A DNA stretch of 64,000 nt from Candidatus Cloacimonadales bacterium. Lineage in GTDB: Bacteria; Cloacimonadota; Cloacimonadia; Cloacimonadales; JAFGVF01. A program made the position numbers and the translations under genes. Location of the stretch: the NCBI GenBank assembly GCA_963663475.2, contig CAXXJV010000001.1, positions 544,001 through 608,000 on the forward strand, given 5' to 3'. The notes under the pieces were generated by a model that saw only the letters and a list, made by a program, of their open reading frames with translations, made no database searches and was not told the DNA's origin. Below are positions 1 to 11,119 of this stretch, piece by piece. Position 1 is the stretch's first letter; the number at the start of each line of letters is the position of its first letter.

Positions 1-11
1 TAAGAATTTTC

Positions 12-39
12 TTGACAGATTTACCATTTATGATATAAT
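12..39 (+). promoter_or_regulatory. sigma70-type promoter of the EF-G gene
   Basis: TTGACA (12-17), 16-nt spacer, TG-n-TATAAT (31-39), 30 nt upstream of the ATG at 70. Confidence 0.65.
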
Positions 40-69
40 AATTTCTAAACTTTTTTAAAGGATAATCTT

Positions 70-2163
70 ATGGCAACAACAGAATTAGATAAAATTAGAA
101 ATATTGGTATCATGGCACACATTGATGCAGGTAAGACTACGACTACCGAAAGAATCCTCTTTTATACAGGAAATATTCATAGAATGGGAGAAGTTCATGA
201 TGGTAACACTACCATGGACTGGATGGAGCAGGAGAAAGAGCGAGGTATAACAATTACCTCAGCAACAACTGTTTGCCACTGGAGAGATCATCAGATAAAC
301 ATCATTGACACTCCAGGTCATGTTGACTTCACAGCTGAAGTGGAACGTTCCTTAAGAGTTCTTGACGGAGCAGTTGCTGTCTTCTGTGCTGTGGGAGGAG
401 TCGAACCTCAATCAGAAACAGTTTGGCATCAAGCTGACAAATATAAAGTACCTAGAATAGCCTTTATAAACAAGATGGATAGAAGTGGTGCCGACTTCGA
501 AAATGTTGTTGAAATGATTCAAAAAAGATTATCAGATAGAGCCTTACCTATCCAACTTCCTATTGGAAGTGAAGATTGCTTTAAAGGAGTTATAGATTTA
601 ATCAGTATGAAGGCAATCTATTTCGATCCTACTTCCCTAGGAGCGAATATTGAAACTAAAGATATCCCAGAGGATTTAATTGCTGATGCTGAAATGCACC
701 AAGAAGCCTTAATAGATTTTATCGCTGAATTCGATGAAGAACTTATGGAAAAATACTTGGAAGGTGAAAGCTTAACTACTTGTGAAATTAATTCTCTTGT
801 CAGAAAAGGGGTAACATCAAATAACTTTATCCCTGTTCTCTGTGGATCTTCCTTAAAAAATAAAGGTGTTCAACCTCTTTTAAACGCCATTGTTGACTAT
901 TTACCATCTCCTTTAGACGTTCCGCCTTTAATTGCTACTACAGCAGATGGACTTAAAGAAGAAATTGTTCATCCTAAGCTAGATTCTAAGTTTTCGGGTT
1001 ATGCTTTCAAGGTAGTTACTGACAAATTCTCAGGAAAACTTGTGTATATAAGAGTTTATTCAGGAACTTTAAAAAAGGGTGACCAATTCATCAATGTTAA
1101 TAATGGAAAGAAAGAAAGAGCTGGTAGAATTCTTCAGATGTATTCTAACCGTAAACAAGATGTTGATGAACTTCATGCAGGAGATATAGGTGCAGTTTTG
1201 GGAACTAAGTTTACTATGACTGGTGAAACAATAGCAGATAAGACTTATAATGTCCTTCTTGCTAAAATGGATTTCCCTGATACTGTTATCTCTATTGCTA
1301 TCGAAGCTAAATCAAAATCCGATGAAGCTAGTCTTAAAGATGCTTTGATTAAATTCCAAGAAGAAGACCCTACTATCAAAGTTAGAGAAGATAAAGATAC
1401 TGGTCAGACACTTATTTCTGGAATGGGAGAACTCCATTTAGAAATCATCGTTGACAGGTTATTTAGAGAGTTCAATGTTAATGCCAATGTTGGTGACCCT
1501 CAAGTTGCCTACAAAGAAACTATTACTGCAGCCAACTCTGCTAGTGAAGAATTCGACAGAATGCTGGGAGATAAACGTTGCTATGCTAAAGTTAAAGTTA
1601 GAATCTCTCCAATGAGTGCAGAAGAAATCTCTTCTAAACAAAAAAATATCTATGAATATAAAGCTAAAGGTGACCTACCGCTCAACTTCAGACACGCTAT
1701 TGAAGAATCTGCCCTTAATGCCCTCAATGACGGCCCTATTTTCTCTGCTAACCTTGAAAGAGTCAGGGTTGAAATTCTAGAAGCAGAAACACTTCCTGAG
1801 GAATCTAATGACACTGGATTCAGAATTGCTACCTCTATGGCTGTTTCAAGAGCTGTAAGAGAGACTAATAGTGCCCTCTTAGAACCAATAATGCTAGTGA
1901 CAGTAATTACTCCAGAAGAAAATGTGGGTGATATTATTGCTGATATTAATAGCAAAAGAGGCAAAATAGAAGAAATTAGAAGTCAAAACAATAATAAACA
2001 AGAAATTCTTTCCAAAGTACCTATGAGAGAACTCTTTGGTTATTCTACTACTATCAGGTCTATCAGCTCAGGAAGAGCAATCTATACCATGGAATATGAT
2101 AGCTACCAAATTGTTCCTAACAATATTAAGGAAGAAATTATTAAAAAAATTAGAGGATATTAA
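70..2163 (+). CDS. fusA: Elongation factor G, stand-alone paralog (EF-G2-like)
   Basis: [19 protein letters not shown] and NKMD motifs; 697 aa; not followed by tuf; domain IV loops diverged. Confidence 0.93.
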   Translation: MATTELDKIRNIGIMAHIDAGKTTTTERILFYTGNIHRMGEVHDGNTTMDWMEQEKERGITITSATTVCHWRDHQINIIDTPGHVDFTAEVERSLRVLDGAVAVFCAVGGVEPQSETVWHQADKYKVPRIAFINKMDRSGADFENVVEMIQKRLSDRALPIQLPIGSEDCFKGVIDLISMKAIYFDPTSLGANIETKDIPEDLIADAEMHQEALIDFIAEFDEELMEKYLEGESLTTCEINSLVRKGVTSNNFIPVLCGSSLKNKGVQPLLNAIVDYLPSPLDVPPLIATTADGLKEEIVHPKLDSKFSGYAFKVVTDKFSGKLVYIRVYSGTLKKGDQFINVNNGKKERAGRILQMYSNRKQDVDELHAGDIGAVLGTKFTMTGETIADKTYNVLLAKMDFPDTVISIAIEAKSKSDEASLKDALIKFQEEDPTIKVREDKDTGQTLISGMGELHLEIIVDRLFREFNVNANVGDPQVAYKETITAANSASEEFDRMLGDKRCYAKVKVRISPMSAEEISSKQKNIYEYKAKGDLPLNFRHAIEESALNALNDGPIFSANLERVRVEILEAETLPEESNDTGFRIATSMAVSRAVRETNSALLEPIMLVTVITPEENVGDIIADINSKRGKIEEIRSQNNNKQEILSKVPMRELFGYSTTIRSISSGRAIYTMEYDSYQIVPNNIKEEIIKKIRGY

Positions 2164-2184
2164 TTCTCAAGTCTTATAATTTAA

Positions 2185-2348
2185 CCCAAATGGTGCAATA
2201 GAGCTTTAGAGAAGAGTGCAAATTCTTTTAGCAAAAAATAACTTGCAGAATTTTGACGTATATAATATATATATTTGGAAGAATTATGTAAGTTATTTTT
2301 TGCAAAAGAATATTCTGCTATTCTCAAAAATCTATTGCATTATTTGGG
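2185..2348 (+). repeat. Family A long imperfect hairpin element (164 bp)
   Basis: CCCAAATGGTGCAATAGA...TCTATTGCATTATTTGGG inverted arms; related copies at 28698, 35388, 26026, 52370 and partial copies. Confidence 0.85.
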
Positions 2349-2550
2349 ATAATACATTATTTATCCTTTTATTAAACCCTTACAGGGTAATATCTTTGGG
2401 TTGCCATCATTACCCAGGGGTGCGATACTTTCAGCATCTTACCCTGGGCTAAATTATTTTATCCCTTTCAGGGATTTTTGATGAATCAATATAGTAATGA
2501 AATATTCTCATTTTCCTATATTATTCCCACCAGACTTGAACTTGAGCCTT
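2349..2550 (+). repeat. REP-like module B (CCCTTACAGGG / CCCAGGG..CCCTGGG / CCCTTTCAGGG) plus module E
   Basis: Near-identical to 16267-16468 and to the reverse complement of ~35657-35886. Confidence 0.85.
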
Positions 2551-2586
2551 TTTTTATATTCAGTCACTGCCTAGAAGATCCTTATA

Positions 2587-2645
2587 CCTTCCTTTACAGT
2601 CTTTCGATGAAAAGCGGACTTTCATCGAAAGACTGTAAAGGAAGG
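2587..2645. repeat. Family C palindrome (26-bp perfect stem, 7-nt loop)
   Basis: CCTTCCTTTACAGTCTTTCGATGAAA-agcggac-TTTCATCGAAAGACTGTAAAGGAAGG; same stem at 36665 and 52237. Confidence 0.92.
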
Positions 2646-2930
2646 AATAAGGATGAAATAAGCAATAATAATATTATTTGGTGAAAAAATTTATAAAATG
2701 AGCCAACTTTTTAGTTATAAGCAAGAAGCTTCCATCATTAACAAAAAACTTTTAGCTAAGGCCAAAATGTTTCCATTTTCCTAAAAAAAATATGCGGAAA
2801 AGAAAAGTGGCTTGTTAACCAAAGAGTTTCCGAAAAGAGCTAAAGCAAATCTTGCTAATTTTACTTGACAGTTTATATTTTAGTTAAATAGTGAGTTAAA
2901 TAAAAAATAAAAACCACATCGGGAGGATGT

Positions 2931-4929
<1,999 letters not shown>

Positions 4930-4954
4930 AGCTAAGCTAAGATATTAATAATTT

Positions 4955-4981
4955 AGGAGTCTGAAAACAGACTCCTTTTTT
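4955..4981 (+). terminator. Intrinsic terminator after gap
   Basis: AGGAGTCTG-aaaa-CAGACTCCT followed by a T run. Confidence 0.8.
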
Positions 4982-4990
4982 AATATTAAA

Positions 4991-5048
4991 CCCGATAGTG
5001 CATTAGAACTTTGCGAATAGCCTATATTCTTCTGTAAAAGTCTACTTC
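4991..5048 (-). repeat. Partial family A element (right arm, reverse orientation)
   Basis: Reverse complement GAAGTAGACTTTTACAGAAGAATATAGGCTATTCGCAAAGTTCTAATGCACTATCGGG resembles the family A right arm. Confidence 0.6.
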
Positions 5049-5275
5049 TCTCTTTGGTCTAAAGCAGACTGACGAATTTCACATTTGAAGCAGTGAACAA
5101 AGAAAATCTTCTCGGGAGACCTGCATCCTGAGCAATTGAAATCTTCTTTTTTTAGAGGGTTTTCTTTAGTTGAATACTTTTCCATCAGCTCTTGTCTAAG
5201 TTTATCATCATCATTCTTCCAGGCCTTATAAGTAGGGCATTTAGAACAATCAAAACCACAAAAACCTTTAAGCAT
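5042..5275 (-). CDS. Small Cys-rich protein (DUF3795-like)
   Basis: CGFDCSKCP, CSGCRS and CFKCEIR motifs. Confidence 0.75.
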   Translation of the reverse strand: MLKGFCGFDCSKCPTYKAWKNDDDKLRQELMEKYSTKENPLKKEDFNCSGCRSPEKIFFVHCFKCEIRQSALDQREK

Positions 5276-5276
5276 T

Positions 5277-5549
5277 TTAATCCTGTTTCTTCATTTTGTT
5301 AGCTTGCTCCTGGCTAGCTAATTCTTGTTGTAACATATTATTTTTTCTTTTTAGTTCACTTATAATACTGCCCCTTTGTCTATTAACCCAAAGTATAGCA
5401 ATATTAGAAACCAGGAGTAGGATTAGGGAGATAAACATAACAGCAATTTCAAGCCAACCTAAATCAGTAGCTGATTTGTAGATGTTGAAAAATGCTAAAC
5501 CGCTAAGGGAAGTTAGTACTAAATTAATAACAGCAAATAAATATAACAT
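5277..5549 (-). CDS. Small membrane protein with coiled-coil tail
   Basis: Two hydrophobic segments; start overlaps the upstream stop (TAATG). Confidence 0.6.
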   Translation of the reverse strand: MLYLFAVINLVLTSLSGLAFFNIYKSATDLGWLEIAVMFISLILLLVSNIAILWVNRQRGSIISELKRKNNMLQQELASQEQANKMKKQD

Positions 5550-6346
5550 TAATTTTCTCCTTTGATGAAGATATATTTCTTCAAGACGTCAAATTTATTA
5601 AAAGATACTTTCTTTAGGAATAATATAACAAGAAATATGGAAAATGCCATAGTTGAAAAGATAGCAATCATTATGGCAATTTGGTATTTAATAGCAGTCA
5701 TTGGAACAGAACCACCCAGAATTTGACCAGTCATCATGCCTGGTAAAGATACTAGACCGATAGTAGCTATTGATGCTAGAGTAGGTCGTAGAGAACGTTT
5801 TATACTTTCTCTAACAACTGGCCTCAAGGCCTCTTGTCTGCTTGCTCCAAGTGAAAGTGTAAAGAAGTATTCCTTTTCTCGATTTTTAAAATAATCAAAG
5901 AAAGTATTTGTCGCAATTATATTACCCTTGAGAGAGTTACCTAGCAACATACCTGAGATGGGAATGAGATATTTGGCATTAAAGATATCAGATATATTGA
6001 CGATAAAATAATTGAAATAGGCAATATTAAGGAATAAAGAAATTGCTAATGCTCCCATTATTGGGAGAAAGAAAAGTCTTTTACATACACTATTAGATTT
6101 GATAATACTAAATGTAGAGACCAGTATCATTACGAATAACCAAGCTAAATTTAGCCATAAATTATCCCATTTAAATATGTATTTTAAATATATTCCGACA
6201 AGTCCTAGCTGTAGGGACATTCTGACCACACTAAGCAAGGTCTCTTTTACTAACTTAATTTTCATATAATATATTATAGCTAGAGGTAGCAGTAAAAGAA
6301 GATAAGCAAAGGCCATTGATGTTAGATTTAAATCTCTTGCACCCAT
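5549..6346 (-). CDS. fetB: ABC transporter permease, UPF0014/FetB family
   Basis: R..LQL..VG, GLVSLPGMMTGQILGG and AIKYQI motifs; ATG at 6346 coupled to the upstream stop. Confidence 0.85.
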   Translation of the reverse strand: MGARDLNLTSMAFAYLLLLLPLAIIYYMKIKLVKETLLSVVRMSLQLGLVGIYLKYIFKWDNLWLNLAWLFVMILVSTFSIIKSNSVCKRLFFLPIMGALAISLFLNIAYFNYFIVNISDIFNAKYLIPISGMLLGNSLKGNIIATNTFFDYFKNREKEYFFTLSLGASRQEALRPVVRESIKRSLRPTLASIATIGLVSLPGMMTGQILGGSVPMTAIKYQIAIMIAIFSTMAFSIFLVILFLKKVSFNKFDVLKKYIFIKGEN

Positions 6347-6957
6347 TACCACTCCACTTTTCTGATAGCTTGTTTATGCCAGATTTCATCATGTGAAACC
6401 ACAATGATTGTTTGTTGCATCTTCATAAAATACTGGACTATAAAGTTCTTCAACTCACTATTTAAGGCTGAAGTAATTTCATCTAAAAGAAAGATTTCTC
6501 TGTTTAATAATTGCATAATTATGATAGCAACCCTCTGTCTTTCGCCACCTGAAAGAGAGTCTGTAGATTGTTCTAGTGTTTCAGGAGGAAGTTTCAAGTC
6601 TTCCAACATGTTAATTAATTCAACTTTATCATATTTTACCTTTTGGTTAGATTGGTAGTTTAAAACACTTTTTATAAACTCTTCTACTTGCATTTTAGGG
6701 ATATGAATCTCTTGAGGTAAATAGGCAATCAGCTGTCTTAGTTCTTTAACACTATCTGAAGTTAATTCTTGGTTATTAATAAAAACTCTGCCAGCATCAG
6801 GTTTAACAAAACCCATAATAATCTTAAGCAGGGTTGATTTCCCCTTGCCTGAAGGAGCTGCCAACAAAAGCTTCTCTCCCTTAGAGATCTTTAGAGAGAA
6901 GTTATTAAAAACTTCTCTCTTTGAAAAATTTAATGATATTCCTTGAAGATTAATCAT
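6346..6957 (-). CDS. ABC transporter ATP-binding protein (FetA-like)
   Basis: Walker A APSGKGKST, LSGGERQR, LLDE, H-loop. Confidence 0.88.
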   Translation of the reverse strand: MINLQGISLNFSKREVFNNFSLKISKGEKLLLAAPSGKGKSTLLKIIMGFVKPDAGRVFINNQELTSDSVKELRQLIAYLPQEIHIPKMQVEEFIKSVLNYQSNQKVKYDKVELINMLEDLKLPPETLEQSTDSLSGGERQRVAIIIMQLLNREIFLLDEITSALNSELKNFIVQYFMKMQQTIIVVSHDEIWHKQAIRKVEW

Positions 6958-6972
6958 TATACCTCTTTAGTA

Positions 6973-9900
6973 TTAGCTTTCATAGTGGAATAAATCTTTA
7001 ATTTGTTCGACTGACATTGATTTTAAAATATTATCATTATTTTCGATGATTTGTTCAAATAATTCTTTCTTAGAGTTTTGCAGTGAAATTATCTTTTCTT
7101 CTACAGTTCCTTTAGAGATAAGCTTATAGACTTGCACTTTCTTTGTTTGTCCTATTCTATGGGCTCTATCAATAGCTTGGTTTTCAATCATAGGATTCCA
7201 CCAAGGATCTGTTAGAATAACTGTATCAGCAGCAGTGAGGTTTAATCCATAACCTCCTGTTTTCAAGCTTATAAGGAAAACCTTGATTTTGGTATTATTA
7301 TTGAAATTCTCAATATGTTGCTGTCTATCTTTCGTTTTACCATCTAAATATTCATAAGGGATAGCATGTTTTTCCAACATCTTTTTAACAATTTGTAGCA
7401 TTCCTATGAACTGACTGAAGACTAATATCTTGCGGTCAGAATCAATTGCATCAAGTATTAATTCCTGGAGTAACTCAACCTTACTAGATATTTCAAAATC
7501 ACTCTTGATAGATTTCTCCACTAAACTAGGGTGGTCACAGATTTGCCTAAGCTTCATAAGAGCAGTTAAAATATTAATATAATTTATTTTTTCATCTTGA
7601 TTTGGATTGAAGTAAGATTTATTAATCTTTTCAATAAGTTGCATATAAACCTTTTCTTGAACTGGTGATAGTTTGCAAAAGGCTATTTGCTCTTGTTTAT
7701 TTGGCAATTCTAAAAGTACATCAGACTTCTTTCTTCTCAAAATAAAGGGTGATATCATCTTATTAAGATCTTCTCTTTTATCACTATTCTCAGTACCAGA
7801 AAATGTTCTAACAAATCTCTGTTTACTCATCAAATAATTCGGTAATAAGAAATCAAATAGTGACCATATTTCAGATATATCATTCTCCAGCGGAGTACCT
7901 GTTAAAGCTATTCTATGCTGAGATTTTAATTTTTTAATAGCCTTTGTCCTTAAAGCTGTTACATTCTTGATATGTTGGGCTTCATCAAGAACTACATAGT
8001 AAAAGTTTCTTTCTCCTAAAAACTCTATATCATTCTGAATTATTGAATAAGAGGCTATCAAAATATCAAAATTTACCTTTTCTAACATTTCTAATCTTTC
8101 CTGCTTGTTACCCTCATAGATAATAAAAGACTTATCAAGTTTAAATTTTTTAAACTCAGCTGCCCAGTTATAGATTAGAGTTTTAGGACAGATTATGATG
8201 CTCTTCTGCCCTTGAGGAACTTCAGCTAAGACAGATATTGCTTGAATAGTCTTGCCTAAGCCCATTTCATCAGCTAGAATTCCGTTTAATTGGTAATGTT
8301 CCAACATCTTCAACCATTTATAACCAGATCTTTGATAAGACCTCATTATGTGGTTAATAAAGAAGGGTACTTCAGGTGAGTTTTTAAGCTTTCCCTGAAT
8401 CAAGTCTTGAGACATTGAATCAATATACTTATCTCCATATAGCTTAATAGCAGGATTGTCATTAACTAATTTGAAAAAGTATGGTATATTCTGATAACTC
8501 ATTGAATAAACTTTATCTTTGGTATGATCAGATTTATTAAGCAAGTTTTCCATTTGATTAAAAACTTCTTTGTTCTCAAAGAAAATTAACCTACCATCAG
8601 CTAAAGTCATAAACTTCTGATTAGAGTTAAAGAACTTTTTTAATTCTTTATGAGTAAAAGAAAAATCTTTGTACTTATAAGTTACTTCATAATTAAACCA
8701 GTTTATCTCATCTTTGGTCTTAGTCTTAATTTCAGCTTGCAGGTGAACCTTATAAACAAAGTCTTTTTTAAGGTCATCAGATAGTTTTATATTCCAATCT
8801 TCATTTGAGAGTTCAAAGATAGCTTTTTTTAGTAAATCTATACTCAAAGCACCTTCAAAATAGAGTTGGGAATCACTTTCCAATCTTTGATACTGAGGAT
8901 TTGGTAGTTTCTCTAAGAATTCAAATACTTCTTTAAAAACTAAAGGTGGTATATAAAACCAGGCCTTTGCCTCTTTTTCATATTCATAATTAATTAAGTT
9001 AGAATTTAATCTGATTAATGATAAGGGTAAGGATATAGAATCATTATAAATTAATGACCCATTCATAACAACTGCTTCATCTTCCTTGCTTAAATGGAAA
9101 TAAATCTTAGGTCTATTATCATAAATCTCTGGTAATTTAATGTCTTCATCGATATCTAAATAATAATTTGCTAGATTTAGCTGCTTAGCAACCACAGCAT
9201 GGTAATAAACAATGTCTTCTGGAGTTAGAATAATACCTGATTCTAGCATTTCTTTAAAAACATTACTCTTGAAAGGTAAATCTACTTTATAAAGTTCATT
9301 TCTTATGAAAATATAGATAGAGTTGAAATAGAATGAGGCTGACACTTCCTCTTCAAATTCTGCTTTGAGAATAGCCTTATTCTTTTCTAATTTATTAATT
9401 TTAAAGTGGATAGGTAAATTCTTATCTTGCCAAAGTATTTTATCACCTGTTTCAGCAATGAAGATTTTATCTTGCAGATATCTTAAATGAGGAAGAATGA
9501 GATTAAAGTCTTTCTTGTAAAAAGAAAAGAAGTTGTTTTTACTACTAAAAGAACATTTATACTGATTAAGAACTGCCAATAGAGTAAGCTCTTCTTCTCT
9601 GAATACCTGCATCTGTTTCTCAGCTCTTTGCAAGTCTCTTGTAGAAGCTTTTTTAACTTCTTTTTCAGCCTTAATATAAGAAATTATTCTAAGATCAAAT
9701 TCATCATAACCGTTAAAAGCTAGTCTTATCTTATCTGAATTGGGGTTAAATAATTCTGAAATTGTTATATAACTTTTAGCATAACGTGTTTGAAAATCTT
9801 CATCAAATTTCAAATCTGACCGATTATATACTTCAATAATATCTTCCTGGAGAATATCATCTGAGAGATACTTGTAAGCATAATCGACAACTGTTAAATA

Positions 9901-10158
9901 ATGATTACAAGACTTATCTAAGTCCTCAGAACAATAATGGTCTAGTATTGTAGCATTTTTAGCATCATACTTTATCCTTACTATACCTGGGAAAAACTTC
10001 TTTAGATAGTTTTGTGCGAAAAATATCAGGTTGTAGTTACCATTCTGATCAATACTCTTCCAAAACAAAATATCATCTTTTTCTGTCTTTATTACGTGGT
10101 CACGAAAATACCAAGAATTTGCATGAATATTATACTCTTTTCTGAATAATTTTGCCAT
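6973..10158 (-). CDS. SNF2-family helicase/ATPase with degenerate N-terminal SWIM-like motif
   Basis: LADEMGLGKT, DEAQHIKN, LTGTPLEN, VFSQF, GLNLTAAD, QAIDRAHRIGQ. Confidence 0.93.
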   Translation of the reverse strand: MAKLFRKEYNIHANSWYFRDHVIKTEKDDILFWKSIDQNGNYNLIFFAQNYLKKFFPGIVRIKYDAKNATILDHYCSEDLDKSCNHYLTVVDYAYKYLSDDILQEDIIEVYNRSDLKFDEDFQTRYAKSYITISELFNPNSDKIRLAFNGYDEFDLRIISYIKAEKEVKKASTRDLQRAEKQMQVFREEELTLLAVLNQYKCSFSSKNNFFSFYKKDFNLILPHLRYLQDKIFIAETGDKILWQDKNLPIHFKINKLEKNKAILKAEFEEEVSASFYFNSIYIFIRNELYKVDLPFKSNVFKEMLESGIILTPEDIVYYHAVVAKQLNLANYYLDIDEDIKLPEIYDNRPKIYFHLSKEDEAVVMNGSLIYNDSISLPLSLIRLNSNLINYEYEKEAKAWFYIPPLVFKEVFEFLEKLPNPQYQRLESDSQLYFEGALSIDLLKKAIFELSNEDWNIKLSDDLKKDFVYKVHLQAEIKTKTKDEINWFNYEVTYKYKDFSFTHKELKKFFNSNQKFMTLADGRLIFFENKEVFNQMENLLNKSDHTKDKVYSMSYQNIPYFFKLVNDNPAIKLYGDKYIDSMSQDLIQGKLKNSPEVPFFINHIMRSYQRSGYKWLKMLEHYQLNGILADEMGLGKTIQAISVLAEVPQGQKSIIICPKTLIYNWAAEFKKFKLDKSFIIYEGNKQERLEMLEKVNFDILIASYSIIQNDIEFLGERNFYYVVLDEAQHIKNVTALRTKAIKKLKSQHRIALTGTPLENDISEIWSLFDFLLPNYLMSKQRFVRTFSGTENSDKREDLNKMISPFILRRKKSDVLLELPNKQEQIAFCKLSPVQEKVYMQLIEKINKSYFNPNQDEKINYINILTALMKLRQICDHPSLVEKSIKSDFEISSKVELLQELILDAIDSDRKILVFSQFIGMLQIVKKMLEKHAIPYEYLDGKTKDRQQHIENFNNNTKIKVFLISLKTGGYGLNLTAADTVILTDPWWNPMIENQAIDRAHRIGQTKKVQVYKLISKGTVEEKIISLQNSKKELFEQIIENNDNILKSMSVEQIKDLFHYES

Positions 10159-10342
10159 ATTTTTTTACCCCAACAGCAATTATAGAAAATCCGATTAATA
10201 TGTATAGTTATTTTTTTGAAATTATCAATTAAGAGATTACAACTATAATCTAAGCCTAGCGTTAGCTACTCTTCTATAGATCAAATTTATATTTGTTTTT
10301 TTATTTAATATTATTAGTTTACTAAAATTCTTAGAGAAAGGA

Positions 10343-10366
10343 AATAGGGGTTGTTTAACCCCTATT
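10343..10366 (-). terminator. Hairpin overlapping the kamE stop codon, possible terminator
   Basis: AATAGGGGTT-gttt-AACCCCTATT. Confidence 0.5.
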
Positions 10367-11111
10367 TGTTCATTCTTTCAGCTAAAGTTATTGAGATATA
10401 GGATGCTACATCAGTAGAGTAAGAACCTGTACCAAAACCTGCGTCATAACCTAGCTCTACAGCAAGTTCATGATTAATTCTAGGTCCGCCACAAACAAAA
10501 AGCATTTTATCTCTTAATCCCTCTGCTTCTGCCATCTCCATAAGTTTAGTCAGATTCTTAATATGAATATCCTTTTGAGTAACAATTTGTGAGACTAAGA
10601 TTGCATCAGCATTTTCTTCACGAGCCTTCTTCAATAGCTCCTCACAAGGAACCTGAGCTCCCATATTTATCGCATTAATATTTCTATATCTTTCTAAGCC
10701 ATAACGATGATTATAGCCCTTCATATTCATTATTGCATCAATTCCAACAGTATGAGCATCACTCTCAATACAAGCACCAATAATAGTTATACTTCTACCA
10801 ATATGTTCATCAATATAGTCTTCATTTTCATACATGTCCATTACATTAGTTTCTACTACTTTAACATTAATCTTTGTCAAATCTACTGAAGCATTTGAAG
10901 TTCCATAAGCTATAAAGTGAGTAAAGCCTTCATGTAAATCATTCATGTAACAAACATCAATATCATCTACTCCCATCTTAACAAGAATTTGTCTAGCAGC
11001 TTCTTTTCCTTGTTCATTACAAGGCACAGGAAGTGAAAATGAGAATTGCATTCTACCATCATTTAAAGTATCACCATAAGGGCGAATTTGGGTTTTATCT
11101 ATAGTACTCAT
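10362..11111 (-). CDS. kamE: Lysine 5,6-aminomutase beta subunit (B12-binding)
   Basis: RPYGDTLNDG N-terminus; DAHTVGIDAIMNMKG cobalamin/PLP motif; follows kamD. Confidence 0.93.
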   Translation of the reverse strand: MSTIDKTQIRPYGDTLNDGRMQFSFSLPVPCNEQGKEAARQILVKMGVDDIDVCYMNDLHEGFTHFIAYGTSNASVDLTKINVKVVETNVMDMYENEDYIDEHIGRSITIIGACIESDAHTVGIDAIMNMKGYNHRYGLERYRNINAINMGAQVPCEELLKKAREENADAILVSQIVTQKDIHIKNLTKLMEMAEAEGLRDKMLFVCGGPRINHELAVELGYDAGFGTGSYSTDVASYISITLAERMNK

Positions 11112-11119
11112 TTTTCCTC

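Noticed and set aside
1459-1964. Antisense or overlapping short ORFs inside fusA, and similar ones inside gap, kamE, iscS, addA, kamA and ftsK
   Set aside because: Shadow frames of well-supported genes with no recognisable motifs.
2185-2660. CRISPR array
   Set aside because: Repeats are dispersed palindromic modules, not regularly spaced direct repeats with unique spacers; no cas genes are present.
2216-2684. Short ORFs 2216-2452 and 2478-2684 (likewise 26056-26268, 35500-35688, 36523-36771)
   Set aside because: They lie in non-coding repeat modules; their mutual peptide similarity only reflects the DNA repeats.
2700-2820. Additional repeat module (AGCCAACTT / AAGTGGCTTGTTAA, similar to ~28606 and ~25931)
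   Set aside because: Matches are only about 10-14 nt in AT-rich DNA; insufficient support.
6973-10158. SNF2 helicase as part of an anti-phage system
   Set aside because: Ordinary SWIM-SNF2-type architecture with housekeeping neighbours and no adjacent defence genes.
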